DNA of 64,000 nucleotides from Thermodesulfobacteriota bacterium (GTDB lineage Bacteria > Desulfobacterota > Binatia > Bin18). The translations under genes were made by a program, and so were the position numbers. Location: positions 1 to 64,000 of the forward strand of contig OZ219926.1 of the NCBI GenBank assembly GCA_964291405.2, in the 5' to 3' direction. Each line of letters begins with the position of its first letter. The first letter of the stretch is position 1. The notes beneath the pieces were generated by a model that worked only from the letters and a program-made list of their open reading frames with translations, was not told where the DNA came from and made no database searches. Of this stretch, positions 1 through 10,129 are shown piece after piece.

Positions 1-2
1 CT

Positions 3-1943
3 AAAAAGGCGACGGGCGTGCCGGAAGAATTTCATATTGCCGGGCGTGGAGCGATCGAAGTCACCTTGTCGGAAGAGGAAGCACGCGACATGGAAACCTT
101 CTTACCCCTGACCTTGGTCGTGCTTCTGGTAACCTTATATTGTACGTATCGAAGCCTGCGCGGCGTCCTCCTGCCGCTGGCGGTCGTGGTCGTGTCGGTG
201 ATCTGGACCCTCGGGATTATGGCCGCGCTTGGTATTCCTATGTACTTTGTCACCTCCATAATGCCGGTCGTGCTCATGGCCATCGGCGTGGCGGATGGCA
301 TTCATATTCTCAGTCGCTATTACGAAGAGCTGTTGGAGCATCCGGATATTTCCTCAGCTGACGCCGTGATCGTGACTATGCGAGAGATGTGGCAGCCCGT
401 CATTTTGACCTCGCTGACCACCGCAGCGGGATTCTTATCCTTTCTGACTGCGACCGTTGTCCCTATCCGCTATTTTGGGGTGTTTAGTGGAGTGGGAATC
501 TTAGCCGCGATGCTCTTCTCGCTGACCTTTTTCCCGGCCATGTTGAGTTTGTTGTCGCCGACCGTCAGCCGGGGCCTGCGCAATCAAATGCGCCGGAGTG
601 GAGACCTGGCAGCCGCCGGCTGGGCAGCCAGCTTCTTGGCGCGCCTCGGTCGCGGTGTGGCACGGCGTCCACTGGTCGTGTGGGTGCCGGCCGCGCTCGT
701 TGTTGCGCTGTGCGTGCTCGGCACGCAGCGGATTGTAGTGAACTCGACCATGGTCGGGATGTTTCACCCATCCACGAGATGCGCGTTAGCGATAGGGTCC
801 TGCGCGATACATTTCAAGGCACCGTGCCTATCTATGTGGCGATCGAAGGGTATGAGGCTGATCGGCTCAAAGATCCGGTCCTGCTCGATCAACTGGACCG
901 CCTGCAAACGCGGGTGGAGCAGGATCCTGATGTGGGTGGCTCCTTGTCATTAGCGGAATACATCAAACGGATGAACCGGGTCATGAATGAAGATCGTGCA
1001 GAAATGGAAGTCATCCCGACCTCTCGTGACCTGGTTGCCCAGTATCTGCTGCTGTATTCGTTTTCGGGAGACCCGGATGATTTCGACGATGTCGTGGATT
1101 ATGACTACCAGCATGCCAACGTATCGGTCTATCTGCGCTCCGATAGGACCCGAGACGTCGAACGTGTCGTGCAGATTATCCGCGACTTTGCGGTCCAGGA
1201 ATTCGGCCAGATTGGAACCACCGACACGGACGCGCATGATCCGCTGGGACTCCGCTTGGGCCGCTGGTTGGCCGGCATTGATCCCACGGTGGCGGGGTGG
1301 GAGACGAACAGCGGCTTTCGGATCGGGATTGCGGGCAATGGCTACCTCCTGAACCGCCTGAGCGAACTGATTGTGTCCGGGCAACTGGCGAGTTTGGTGA
1401 CCTCGCTCGGCGCGGTCTTTCTGCTCACCACGGTCATGTTTCGCTCGTTCGTTGCCGGGCTGATTAATGTCCTGCCGATTAGCCTGGTGATGATTTTTAG
1501 CTTTGGGCTGCTGGGGCTGCTGAATATCCCGCTAGAGATTGGAAAATCGCTGACTGCCTCGATGACCATCGGGGATTGGCATCGATTATACGATTCACTT
1601 TCTGAGTAAGTATCGGGTCAAAGTCCGAGAGGGGCTCACAGACCCCACGCAGATTACAGCGGCCACGATGGCTACCTCGGGCAAGGCCATCTTTTTTAAT
1701 GCGGTCGTGGTTATCGGCGGCTTCCTGATTTTTCTCACCTCGAACTTCGAGTCCCTCTTTTACCTGGGTGTCATGCTTTCACTCAGTATGGGGGCCTGCT
1801 TGATTGTGTCGATGACGATCCTGCCGGCGATCTTGAATCGGTTTCAACCGTGTTTTGTGTATGGCGATAAATTAGCGCTCGCTGTGCCGCCGCAAACGGC
1901 CGACCGGATCATTTCAACGAGAGAAGAGGAGGAAGGAGCATGA
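3..1943 (+). pseudogene. MMPL/RND family transporter, 5'-truncated by the window edge and split by two compensating frameshifts (~772, ~1572)
   Basis: ORFs 18..953, 680..1609 and 1668..1943 join into one MMPL protein with both TM motifs (AIGVADGIHILSRY; reconstructed TIGIGIDYTIHFLSKYR). The shifts lie in a CC run (tccac) and a GGGG run. Could be sequencing error. Confidence 0.85.
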
Positions 1944-2043
1944 AAATTACTCCGTCCCTCTCTCTGAGGAGGGAGAAAGGGACGGCAACAAACGCCATTA
2001 ACATGCCGCTCGCAGCACTCCTCTAATCAAGTGGCTGGCATAT

Positions 2044-2349
2044 ATGAATGACACGGCAAGCGTCTTTATGGCTTGTGTTATGCCGGTGACCAGCCTGCTC
2101 ATGATTATGGGAGCTGAACTGGCCGGTCCCTCCCGAGGGACGATGGTGGGGCTTCTATCCGGCAGCGGGTTTTTGGGCTTCGCGGTTGCCTCCTCGTTAG
2201 GCGGCTTCCTTGTTGCCCAGATTGGCTATGGGGCGCTGTCCGTCGTACTGGCTGTGGTCACCGCAGCCAGTGGACTGTGCTTACTCTTTCTGCAACACAG
2301 CCGGGCCGAGCAGCGCGCTCGTGCCTATTTCGGCGCTGACACGCAATAG
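2044..2349 (+). pseudogene. C-terminal fragment of an MFS transporter
   Basis: Only about 3 hydrophobic helices, with an MFS-like C-terminal pattern (ELAGPSRGTMVGLLSGSGFLGFAVASSLGG). N-terminal part absent. Confidence 0.55.
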
Positions 2350-2493
2350 GCGCGAATGATACAAAAGGAAAATCTGGCCCACCCTCGATATAAGGACGAA
2401 TGAGTAAGCATAGTCGGGACAGGGGAGAGCATCAATAATCACTCAAAGAAGGCTGCGAGCAGATACCGCCCCATGAGGGGTAGATGCTCGGGC

Positions 2494-3663
2494 CTAAGGG
2501 GCGAGGCTTGTTGCAATATGTAACAGCAATATATCTGCCCCGCGTGGCCCAATGAGAGATATGCCGATCGGGCAACCATCAAGGGTACCCAACGGCAGGT
2601 TGACTTGAGGGAGACGGGCGAGGCCGGCGATACATAAGAGACTCAACGCCTGAGCCCGAAACGCCTCCAGCTCATCCGAAGGTGTATTCCGAAGCGGGGC
2701 AATGCCAGGGGCAGTCGGGAGACATAAGACGCTATCCTCTCCGAGGAACGCGTCCATTCGAGCTCCAATCTGTTCTCGCTTCTCCTTGGCGCCGTCCACC
2801 TCGGCTTGCTGAATTGTTGCTGTCCACTCGAAACGTTTATGAATATCCGGCCCGAAAGCAGGCTGGACTGCGCGAATCCAAGCGCCGTGATTGGCCCAGA
2901 TCTCCGCGCCTTGCAGGACACGGAAAAGCTGCATCCATTCCGAGAGTCCCCCAGGGTTGATGGTGACAGACTGTGCCGGACCAATAGCTTGGCTGAGTTT
3001 TGTGACTGCGGGTCGGAGTGCTGCGGTTACCACATTGCCTGCTAGAGCAAATGCGTCTGAGGCCAAGAGCAGTTGGCGTGGAGGCCGAGCGTCGCTCTGA
3101 TCGTCCAGGAGCACCCGACCGACCTTTTCCAAGAGTCTGGCGTCTCGGGTAAACCAACCAACGGTGTCAAAGCTTGATGCGAGGGGGGCTATCCAGTCGA
3201 GCGGAATACGCCCGTGGGTCGGTCGAAAACCAAATATCCCACAGTAGCTGGCTGGTAAACGGACCGAACCGCCACAGTCGGTTCCAATGGCAAAATCCAC
3301 CAGACCGCCAGCTACCGCGGCAGCCGAGCCACTGGAAGATCCTCCTGGGATACGACCCGCTGCGTTCGGATTCACCGGCGTGCCGTAGTGGACATTTTCA
3401 CCATTGAGACTGTAGGCCAGCTCATCCGTGTGCGTTTTGCCCACAATATGGGCACCTGCGTCGAGGAGACGTTGCACCGCAGGAGCTGTGGTCCCAGCTA
3501 CGGGGTGGGTCCGAAGCCAGTCTGGATTGCCCGCTCCAGTGGGGTGCCCCTTGATATGGAAGACGTCTTTTACCGCAAGAGACAGAGTAGCGAGCGGCCC
3601 TGTCTCTGAACCGGGAAGCGTGACGTGGGTGTGGTGACAGAATGCGCCTAAGGTGTCGTTCAT
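2494..3663 (-). CDS. Amidase signature family amidase
   Basis: VKD, GGSSSGSAAAVAGG and GTDCGGSVRLPAS motifs. Confidence 0.95.
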   Translation of the reverse strand: MNDTLGAFCHHTHVTLPGSETGPLATLSLAVKDVFHIKGHPTGAGNPDWLRTHPVAGTTAPAVQRLLDAGAHIVGKTHTDELAYSLNGENVHYGTPVNPNAAGRIPGGSSSGSAAAVAGGLVDFAIGTDCGGSVRLPASYCGIFGFRPTHGRIPLDWIAPLASSFDTVGWFTRDARLLEKVGRVLLDDQSDARPPRQLLLASDAFALAGNVVTAALRPAVTKLSQAIGPAQSVTINPGGLSEWMQLFRVLQGAEIWANHGAWIRAVQPAFGPDIHKRFEWTATIQQAEVDGAKEKREQIGARMDAFLGEDSVLCLPTAPGIAPLRNTPSDELEAFRAQALSLLCIAGLARLPQVNLPLGTLDGCPIGISLIGPRGADILLLHIATSLAP

Positions 3664-3670
3664 GGTAGCC

Positions 3671-4897
3671 TCAAGGCCGATGGAGTTCCGCCGGTTTTCT
3701 AGTGAATGTCTGCCGGCCGCGTTTGAAGCCGTACAGAGGGGCTACGACTTCTGCTACCGCGGCTTCAGGAGCCGTACAGTCCAGGACAACCAGATCGGCT
3801 GCTTTTCCGACTTCCACGCCATAGTCTTCGAGTCCCAGTATTTGGGCTGAATATTGAGTGATCATATCAAAGCAGGCCCGCACTTCTTCCTGATTATCGA
3901 CCTGGCAGATATTGGCATACAGGTTAGCCATGCGAATCAACGAACAGTCGCCAAACGGCGTGAAGGGATTGAGAACATTATTAGTCGAGAGCGAACAGGT
4001 AACGCCTCGCTGTATGAATTTATGCACCGGAGTCACGCCCCGAATAATATTGTGATCCTGGTGACGACCCATCAGGTAGAGGTCCGTCGCGGGCAGCACG
4101 GTGACCGCGACGCCGATATTCGCCAGACGCTGGGCGAGGGCGAAAAATCGTTCTGGAGAAATGGTTGACATCTTGGTCACATGGCCGACCGTGACCCGGC
4201 CCCCATAGCCAAACTTTTCCGTCAGATCGCACACATACTCAATATCCATCTCGTCCGAGGTATGGCCGAAGTCTAAATGCATATCGATATCAACGTTGAA
4301 CTCGCGAGCCAGTTCAAAGATGCGATCTATCTGACCGTGTGGATCAGTGTCCGTATAAGGGGCTGCCCCAATAACGCTCGCGCCCCGATTGAGGGCGGCA
4401 ACTAAAAGTTCATCGGTCCCTGGATTATTAAGCAAGCCTTCTTGCGGAAAGACACACACCTCAATATCCAGCGCCCACTTATATTCCTCGATGAGGGGGA
4501 GTACCCCGTCGAGTCCACGCAGCCCTATGCCTGGGTCAACCTCAAGGTGAGTACGCACCTGGGTGGTCCCGTGCAGTATGCATTTTTCTAAGGTGCCTGC
4601 TGCCCGCTGATGCACGTCTTCTGCCGTGAAAGCCTGTTTGGCTGCCGTGACTTGGGTCAGGACTTCTTCCAGATCACCTTCGGCCGACTGGCAGCGGTCC
4701 AGGATGCAGGATTTGTCCAAATGGATATGGGTTTCAATGAAACCTGGTGTGACTAAACGACCCCGCAGGTCAAGCTCACGCCCTTCGGCTGACAGCTTGG
4801 ATTCGATAGCTCCTATGCGGCCATTCTGGATACCAATATCAACGGTCGTTTGATCTTCCTGCCCGACAATGCGTCCATTTCTGAGAATAAGGTCCAT
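3671..4897 (-). CDS. Cytosine/creatinine deaminase-like metal-dependent amidohydrolase
   Basis: ETHIHLDK, DMHLDF, VGH and NNVLNPFTPFG motifs of the CodA-like family. Confidence 0.9.
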   Translation of the reverse strand: MDLILRNGRIVGQEDQTTVDIGIQNGRIGAIESKLSAEGRELDLRGRLVTPGFIETHIHLDKSCILDRCQSAEGDLEEVLTQVTAAKQAFTAEDVHQRAAGTLEKCILHGTTQVRTHLEVDPGIGLRGLDGVLPLIEEYKWALDIEVCVFPQEGLLNNPGTDELLVAALNRGASVIGAAPYTDTDPHGQIDRIFELAREFNVDIDMHLDFGHTSDEMDIEYVCDLTEKFGYGGRVTVGHVTKMSTISPERFFALAQRLANIGVAVTVLPATDLYLMGRHQDHNIIRGVTPVHKFIQRGVTCSLSTNNVLNPFTPFGDCSLIRMANLYANICQVDNQEEVRACFDMITQYSAQILGLEDYGVEVGKAADLVVLDCTAPEAAVAEVVAPLYGFKRGRQTFTRKPAELHRP

Positions 4898-5069
4898 TAC
4901 TGGTCTCCTTTTCCCTCGTAGTTCCCAGCGTACGGTTTCACCTAACTTTAGCGCTTTAGCGGAATGTATACCCTTTGGTTCTCGCTGACGACCGTCTACA
5001 AAAATGGCCTGGCTAGTTGTCCTTCTGAACTATCCACCCTACAATCCCTTCGACCACAAGGAGGGCGGC

Positions 5070-6482
5070 TTGGCTTCGCATATTACGCCACTCAAAACTG
5101 CGGATCTGCCACCGCGCACCCGCTCGTTCTGGCAATTGGCCGGGCCGGGGGCTGTCCTGGTCGGTCTTTCCATCGGCGCCGGCGAACTGGTGATGTGGCC
5201 GTGGATTACGGCCAAGTTTGGAGCCAGCATGGCCTGGGCCGCAGCCCTGGGTGTCTTTCTGCAACTCTGGGTCAATTTTGAGATCGGCCGCTGGACCATC
5301 GTCACCGGCGAAGCGCCGTATACCGGCTTTGCCCGGGTGTGGATGGGTTTTATCTACATCCTGCTGTTTCTGACTTTCGCCGGACTGTTCCTGCCCGGCT
5401 GGGCGCGGGTTTCCGGCGCGGCCCTGAAGGGCCTGATTTTCGGACCGGACGGCCCTGGAGCCGACTGGATGTGGACCGGCCTGACCTTTGTGTTGATCGC
5501 CGCCACACTCTTTGGCCCCAAAGTCATGTACCAGGCCATGGAACGGATCGTCATCGGCATGGTCGTCTTCATTACGCTAGGGCTGACTTTTGTGGCCTTC
5601 CAGGTCGGAACCATGGAACATGTGTCTGAGATGGCACGCGGGCTGGTGAATTTCGGTCACATCGAATTGACGGAGGATTTCCCCTTCAGCCGCTTTTTTG
5701 GGGCCGTGGTGTTCGCCGGCGCCGGAGGAGCTGGCAACCTGTGGTACGCCTTTTATTTACGCGACAAGAACATCGGCATGGGGGCGCGTATGCCTCGGCT
5801 CCAAAACCCGTTGCGGGGTGGGTCGAACGAGGAGGAGGCAACCGGCTATCTGTACCCGGAAACGGAAGCCAACCAACGCGCCTTCAAGGGCTGGTTTCGC
5901 TGGATACGCCTGGACCAGTGCCTGTTCTTCTGGGGGCTGAACAGCTTCACCATGTTCCTGTTTATGTTTGGGGTGCTGTGCGTCTTACGCCCCAGCGGCG
6001 TCGTTCCGGCCGAGGGACGTATTATCTGGGATATGTCGCTGATTCTGGAAAACTCCATGGGCGCGGTGGGATTTTATCTCTTTCTGGCAATCGGCATGGC
6101 CACGCTCTTCAGCACGCAGTTGGTCAGCGTCGACGGCAACGCCCGGGTCTGGTCCTATATCATCCGTACATCGTTTCCGTTTGGAGCAAAGATCGACCAG
6201 GCCAAATTGTACATTCCCTTTGCTGTCCTCTTTATGGTTGCCGGCACAGTCAGCACTTGGTTTTTTGAGCGTTTTGCCGTCACCGGGCTGGGCTTTCTGT
6301 TTAACGCCGCCCTGCTCAGCGGGCTGACCATGGCCCTGTATGTGCCGTTGATGTTGTATATGAATCTGCGCAATCTGCCGCCCTCGGCCCGACCGGGACC
6401 GGTGTCGATTGTCATGATGCTCATCGCGTCGGTGATATACGGGGGCTTTGCGCTGTACTCGCTGTGGATCACGGTTTTCTAA
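5070..6482 (+). CDS. Nramp-like family divalent metal/solute transporter
   Basis: GPGAVLVGLSIGAGE motif and many TM helices. TTG start at 5070 follows AAGGAGGG. Confidence 0.8.
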   Translation: MASHITPLKTADLPPRTRSFWQLAGPGAVLVGLSIGAGELVMWPWITAKFGASMAWAAALGVFLQLWVNFEIGRWTIVTGEAPYTGFARVWMGFIYILLFLTFAGLFLPGWARVSGAALKGLIFGPDGPGADWMWTGLTFVLIAATLFGPKVMYQAMERIVIGMVVFITLGLTFVAFQVGTMEHVSEMARGLVNFGHIELTEDFPFSRFFGAVVFAGAGGAGNLWYAFYLRDKNIGMGARMPRLQNPLRGGSNEEEATGYLYPETEANQRAFKGWFRWIRLDQCLFFWGLNSFTMFLFMFGVLCVLRPSGVVPAEGRIIWDMSLILENSMGAVGFYLFLAIGMATLFSTQLVSVDGNARVWSYIIRTSFPFGAKIDQAKLYIPFAVLFMVAGTVSTWFFERFAVTGLGFLFNAALLSGLTMALYVPLMLYMNLRNLPPSARPGPVSIVMMLIASVIYGGFALYSLWITVF

Positions 6483-6696
6483 ATCTCGTCCTGCCAGCCC
6501 ATACTGGGCCGCGGCTGGTACGATCCGGCTGAGGCGAGCAGGAAGGTTGCGGGGTGCGGCACTTCTGGGTAGAAGTTCCTCACTACGTTATATGGGGGCC
6601 GATATGTCACTGCTCATAAAAACGGCCGGACTCCTGCTGCTCTCTTTTGGCGGGATCATCTGCTGAGTCTGCACGAGCGGTGAGAGGGGAAAGAGT

Positions 6697-7398
6697 ATGG
6701 CTGGACCTGTGTGTTTGATTACTGGGGTGGGCCCCGGAACCGGAGCGTCGCTCAGCCGCCGCTTTGCCCAAGGCGGCTATCGCGTAGCTATGCTGGCCCG
6801 GACCCAGGAGCGTTTGTCGCAACTGGAAAAAGAAATTACAGGCTCGCGCGGCTATGTGTGCGACGTGTCTGACGAAGCCGCCGTCAACGCTACTGTCGCC
6901 CAGGTGAAAGAAGAAATGGGCCCGCCCGAAATCCTGATCCACAATGCGGTGGGTGGCGCGTTCGGAACCTTTCTCGAAATCGAGCCGCAAACGCTGTCCG
7001 ATAATTTCCAGGTCAATACAATGGGGCTGCTGTATCTGGCCAGGGCGGTCGCTCCGGATATGATCGAAGCCGGTAAGGGCGTTATCATATCCTCCGGAAA
7101 TACCTCTGCGTTACGCGGGAAGCCTCGTTTTGCCGGCTTTGCCCCGACCAAAGCCGCCCAGCGTATCCTTTCGGAATCCATGGCCCGCACCCTGGGGCCG
7201 CAGGGTATTCATGTCGCCTATATCGTCATCGATGCCGTGATCGACCTGGCCTGGACGCGCAAGATGCTGCCCGACAAGCCGGACGATTTTTTCATTCAGC
7301 CGTCAGCCATCGCCGATACCGCCTACCACGTCGCCCATCAGGACCGCTCGGGCTGGTCGTTCAATGTGGAAGTCCGGCCGTTTGGGGAGGAATGGTAG
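6697..7398 (+). CDS. Short-chain dehydrogenase/reductase
   Basis: TGVGPGTG Rossmann motif, HNA, FAPTK at the YxxxK position. Confidence 0.9.
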   Translation: MAGPVCLITGVGPGTGASLSRRFAQGGYRVAMLARTQERLSQLEKEITGSRGYVCDVSDEAAVNATVAQVKEEMGPPEILIHNAVGGAFGTFLEIEPQTLSDNFQVNTMGLLYLARAVAPDMIEAGKGVIISSGNTSALRGKPRFAGFAPTKAAQRILSESMARTLGPQGIHVAYIVIDAVIDLAWTRKMLPDKPDDFFIQPSAIADTAYHVAHQDRSGWSFNVEVRPFGEEW

Positions 7399-7420
7399 CG
7401 ACTGTTGCGGGCCGGCGGCT

Positions 7421-7894
7421 TTAATAGGGCCTCCCGTCTTTGTGCGTAAACGCCCAGGTGCCATCGGCTTCGGACTTTGCGCAGATATCATCGTCGGGAT
7501 AGACTACGTCATCTCCCGACGTTCGATCACCTATTTCAAGATACGTCACCGGATTTTCTGAACGATTCAGAAGATGGTGAGTGCTTCCCTCGCCCGCCTT
7601 AAATCCAACGTATTCTCCGGGTTTCATGACATATTCGCGGCTTCCGTAGACCAAGGTCGGGGTGCCGCTCAGTATATAGACGAATTCGTCCTGTTGAGAG
7701 TGCTGATGTTTCAACGCGGACATCGACCCTGGGGACAATGTGGTCAGGTTGACCCCAAAATCTTCTAACTCAAAAAAGTCACCAAGTTTTCTCTTGACCC
7801 GTCCATTCATCAGTGACGCATATGGCTCGGGGTAATTCGATGCCTTTGAACGCACCGGAGCCTCTGCCGCAGGTATTGGTCTCGGAGAACTCAT
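7421..7894 (-). CDS. Cupin domain protein
   Basis: HQHSQQDEFVYILSG and H-containing cupin motif 2. ATG at 7894 follows AGGAGGAG. Confidence 0.9.
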   Translation of the reverse strand: MSSPRPIPAAEAPVRSKASNYPEPYASLMNGRVKRKLGDFFELEDFGVNLTTLSPGSMSALKHQHSQQDEFVYILSGTPTLVYGSREYVMKPGEYVGFKAGEGSTHHLLNRSENPVTYLEIGDRTSGDDVVYPDDDICAKSEADGTWAFTHKDGRPY

Positions 7895-8094
7895 AAAATC
7901 TCCTCCTCTGGGCGGAGCATAGGGTAACCTTAGTGCCATACGGAAGGCCGGCCATTTGGCGAAGAGTAGTAGACACGGGTGAGGGCGGCATATAGATTTC
8001 TGAGCCGTCACATACATAAGGAAGGGCCTCCGTGTGACGGTCCTTTCCCCGTCCGTACCAGCCTTACAGAAAACCCTAAAGGAATACACCGGCG

Positions 8095-9837
8095 ATGGAA
8101 TCACAAACCGCGAACTCTTCGCACGGCGTCCGCTACCAACCGGACGAGCGGCCGCCGCGCGCGCTTGCCGTCGGTCTCGGCTTCCAGGCCGCTATCCTCA
8201 CCTTTACACCAATAATCACCTTGCCACTCGTCATAATGCAAGCGGCAGACCAGGGCGCAGCCTACACGTCATGGGCCATCTTTATGGCCGTACTCATCAG
8301 CGGGATCACCACGATCGTGCAGGCCGTGCGGGTCGGGCGGTTCGGGGCCGGACACATCCTGATCATGGGCACCTCTGCCTCTTTTATCGCCGTTTGTATC
8401 ACGGCGCTCACAGAGGGTGGGCCGGCGCTGCTCGCGACCCTGATTATCGTCGCATCGGCGATCCAGTTCGCCTTGGCAGCACGGTTGTCGTTGCTCCGAC
8501 GTTTTGTCACACCAGTCGTGTCCGGTACGCTTCTTGCCTTGATTGTTCTCACCGTTATTCCGGTCGTATTCGACATGATGACCAAGGTGCCCGAGGGCAC
8601 GCCGGCGTCCGCAGCTCCGGTGTGTGTCGTTGTAACCCTGAGCATCATCGCGGCTCTGACCCTACGCGCGCCGGGTTCCTGGCGGCTATGGGCTCCGGTC
8701 ATTGGGCTGGGCGGCGGCTGTATCGTTGCTGTGTTCTTCGGTCTCTATGATACACAGCGCGTTGCCGATGCAGCGTGGGTCGGCCTGCCGCATATCGCCT
8801 GGCCTGGCCTTGATCTCACATTTGACGGGCGCTTTTGGCTACTCCTGCCGTCGTTCGTCTTCGTAACTCTGATCGGGGCTGTCGACACGATTGCGGATAC
8901 CACCGCCATTCAGCACATCTCGTGGCGCGACCGGCGTACGGTTGATCTGCGTCTTGTCCAAGGCGCAGTCAATGCGGACGGTCTCGGTAATCTGTTGTCC
9001 GGCCTGGCCGGCACCATCCCGAACGCCACTTATTCAGCAAGCGTCTCTCTTGCCGAATTGACGGGAGTCGGCGCGCGTAGCGTCGGCGTGTATATCGGGC
9101 TCATCTTCATCGGGCTGGCCTTCCTGCCCAAAGTGACGGCCCTCCTGATCGCGATTCCTGCGCCTGTGGTCGGCGCGTATCTGTTCGTGCTGATAGCGCT
9201 GGTTTTTGTGCAGGCATTAAAGCTTATGGTGCAGGATGGGATCGACACTCGCATGTCGCTCATCGTCGGGATGGGGTTCTTGGTCGGAGTAGGCTTTCAG
9301 AGCCAGGCCCTTTTCACGGACTATCTGAGCGAGACCGTAAGCAAGATGCTCGAAGACGGCATGACGTCCGGTGGCCTGACCTTGCTCGTGCTGCTCCTGT
9401 TCATGGAGTTGACCGCGCCCCGGCGGAGCCGCCTTGCAATGGAATTGGATATTGCGGGCCTGCCCCAGCTTGACGCCTTCCTGCGTGCGTTGGCTACCCG
9501 TATGCGCTGGAACATTGCAGCCACGGAACGCCTCTGCTCCGCTGGAGAGGAAGCGCTGTTAAGTCTTGTCCATCAGGAGGAGGACGAGGCCGGCCGTGAG
9601 GGGCGGCATCTGCTTGTGGTAGCGCGGAACGACCACGGAACCGCGGAGCTGGACTTCATCGCCGCACTTGGAGAAGACAATCTGGAAGACCGTATGCTGA
9701 TTCTGAGAGAGCAGGTCGACAGACCGAACGAACGCGAACTCTCGCTCCGCCTGCTCCGGCACTTTGCGTCGTCCGTCCGACACCAGCAGTACCATGACAT
9801 CGACATCGTGACGGTACGCGTCGACGGCTCGGGGTAG
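8095..9837 (+). CDS. NCS2 xanthine/uracil permease with a ~130-aa C-terminal cytoplasmic extension
   Basis: SGITTIVQ, MGTSASF, ADGLGNLLSGL and TGVGARSVG NCS2 motifs, plus an extra soluble C-terminal domain. Confidence 0.9.
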   Translation: MESQTANSSHGVRYQPDERPPRALAVGLGFQAAILTFTPIITLPLVIMQAADQGAAYTSWAIFMAVLISGITTIVQAVRVGRFGAGHILIMGTSASFIAVCITALTEGGPALLATLIIVASAIQFALAARLSLLRRFVTPVVSGTLLALIVLTVIPVVFDMMTKVPEGTPASAAPVCVVVTLSIIAALTLRAPGSWRLWAPVIGLGGGCIVAVFFGLYDTQRVADAAWVGLPHIAWPGLDLTFDGRFWLLLPSFVFVTLIGAVDTIADTTAIQHISWRDRRTVDLRLVQGAVNADGLGNLLSGLAGTIPNATYSASVSLAELTGVGARSVGVYIGLIFIGLAFLPKVTALLIAIPAPVVGAYLFVLIALVFVQALKLMVQDGIDTRMSLIVGMGFLVGVGFQSQALFTDYLSETVSKMLEDGMTSGGLTLLVLLLFMELTAPRRSRLAMELDIAGLPQLDAFLRALATRMRWNIAATERLCSAGEEALLSLVHQEEDEAGREGRHLLVVARNDHGTAELDFIAALGEDNLEDRMLILREQVDRPNERELSLRLLRHFASSVRHQQYHDIDIVTVRVDGSG

Positions 9838-9845
9838 CCTTATAC

Positions 9846-10040
9846 ATCCCCTCCTCGGAGGGGTGCCGCGCTAGAGCAAAATTCACATTAGTGTAGCGTC
9901 CAACGGCCTTCGCGCGTTGCCCGATACGTAGGGTGCGCCCTGCGCACCGGGGAAAGGTGGTGCATGGGATGCACCCTACAGAACTCTGGAAAGCACCTCG
10001 CTACACCACGGAGGAAACTGCACTAGCGGCGGGATGGGTT
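9846..10040. repeat. CCCCTC..GAGGGG-family palindromic repeat interrupted by a MITE
   Basis: Removing the insert restores a near-identical match to the intact copy at ~55400-55434. Confidence 0.8.
9871..10026. mobile_element. ~150-bp MITE-like element, CTAG at both ends, imperfect 28-bp TIRs, with an internal GTAG-REP doublet
   Basis: CTAG at 9871-9874 and 10023-10026. TIR identity 19/28. Inverted REP pair at 9928-9948 and 9959-9979. Confidence 0.75.
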
Positions 10041-10129
10041 CTCCCCGACCCAATGGCCTACCACGTCTGGTGACCGCTGGTTCCTGGGAATGCGCATCGT
10101 ACGTCTCAGGGGAGGACGGTGCTCACCGC

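Noticed and set aside
7900-8094. Possible riboswitch upstream of the NCS2 permease (CCGTCACA...TGTGACGG hairpin)
   Set aside because: No recognisable purine or other aptamer consensus. Would need an Infernal/Rfam search.
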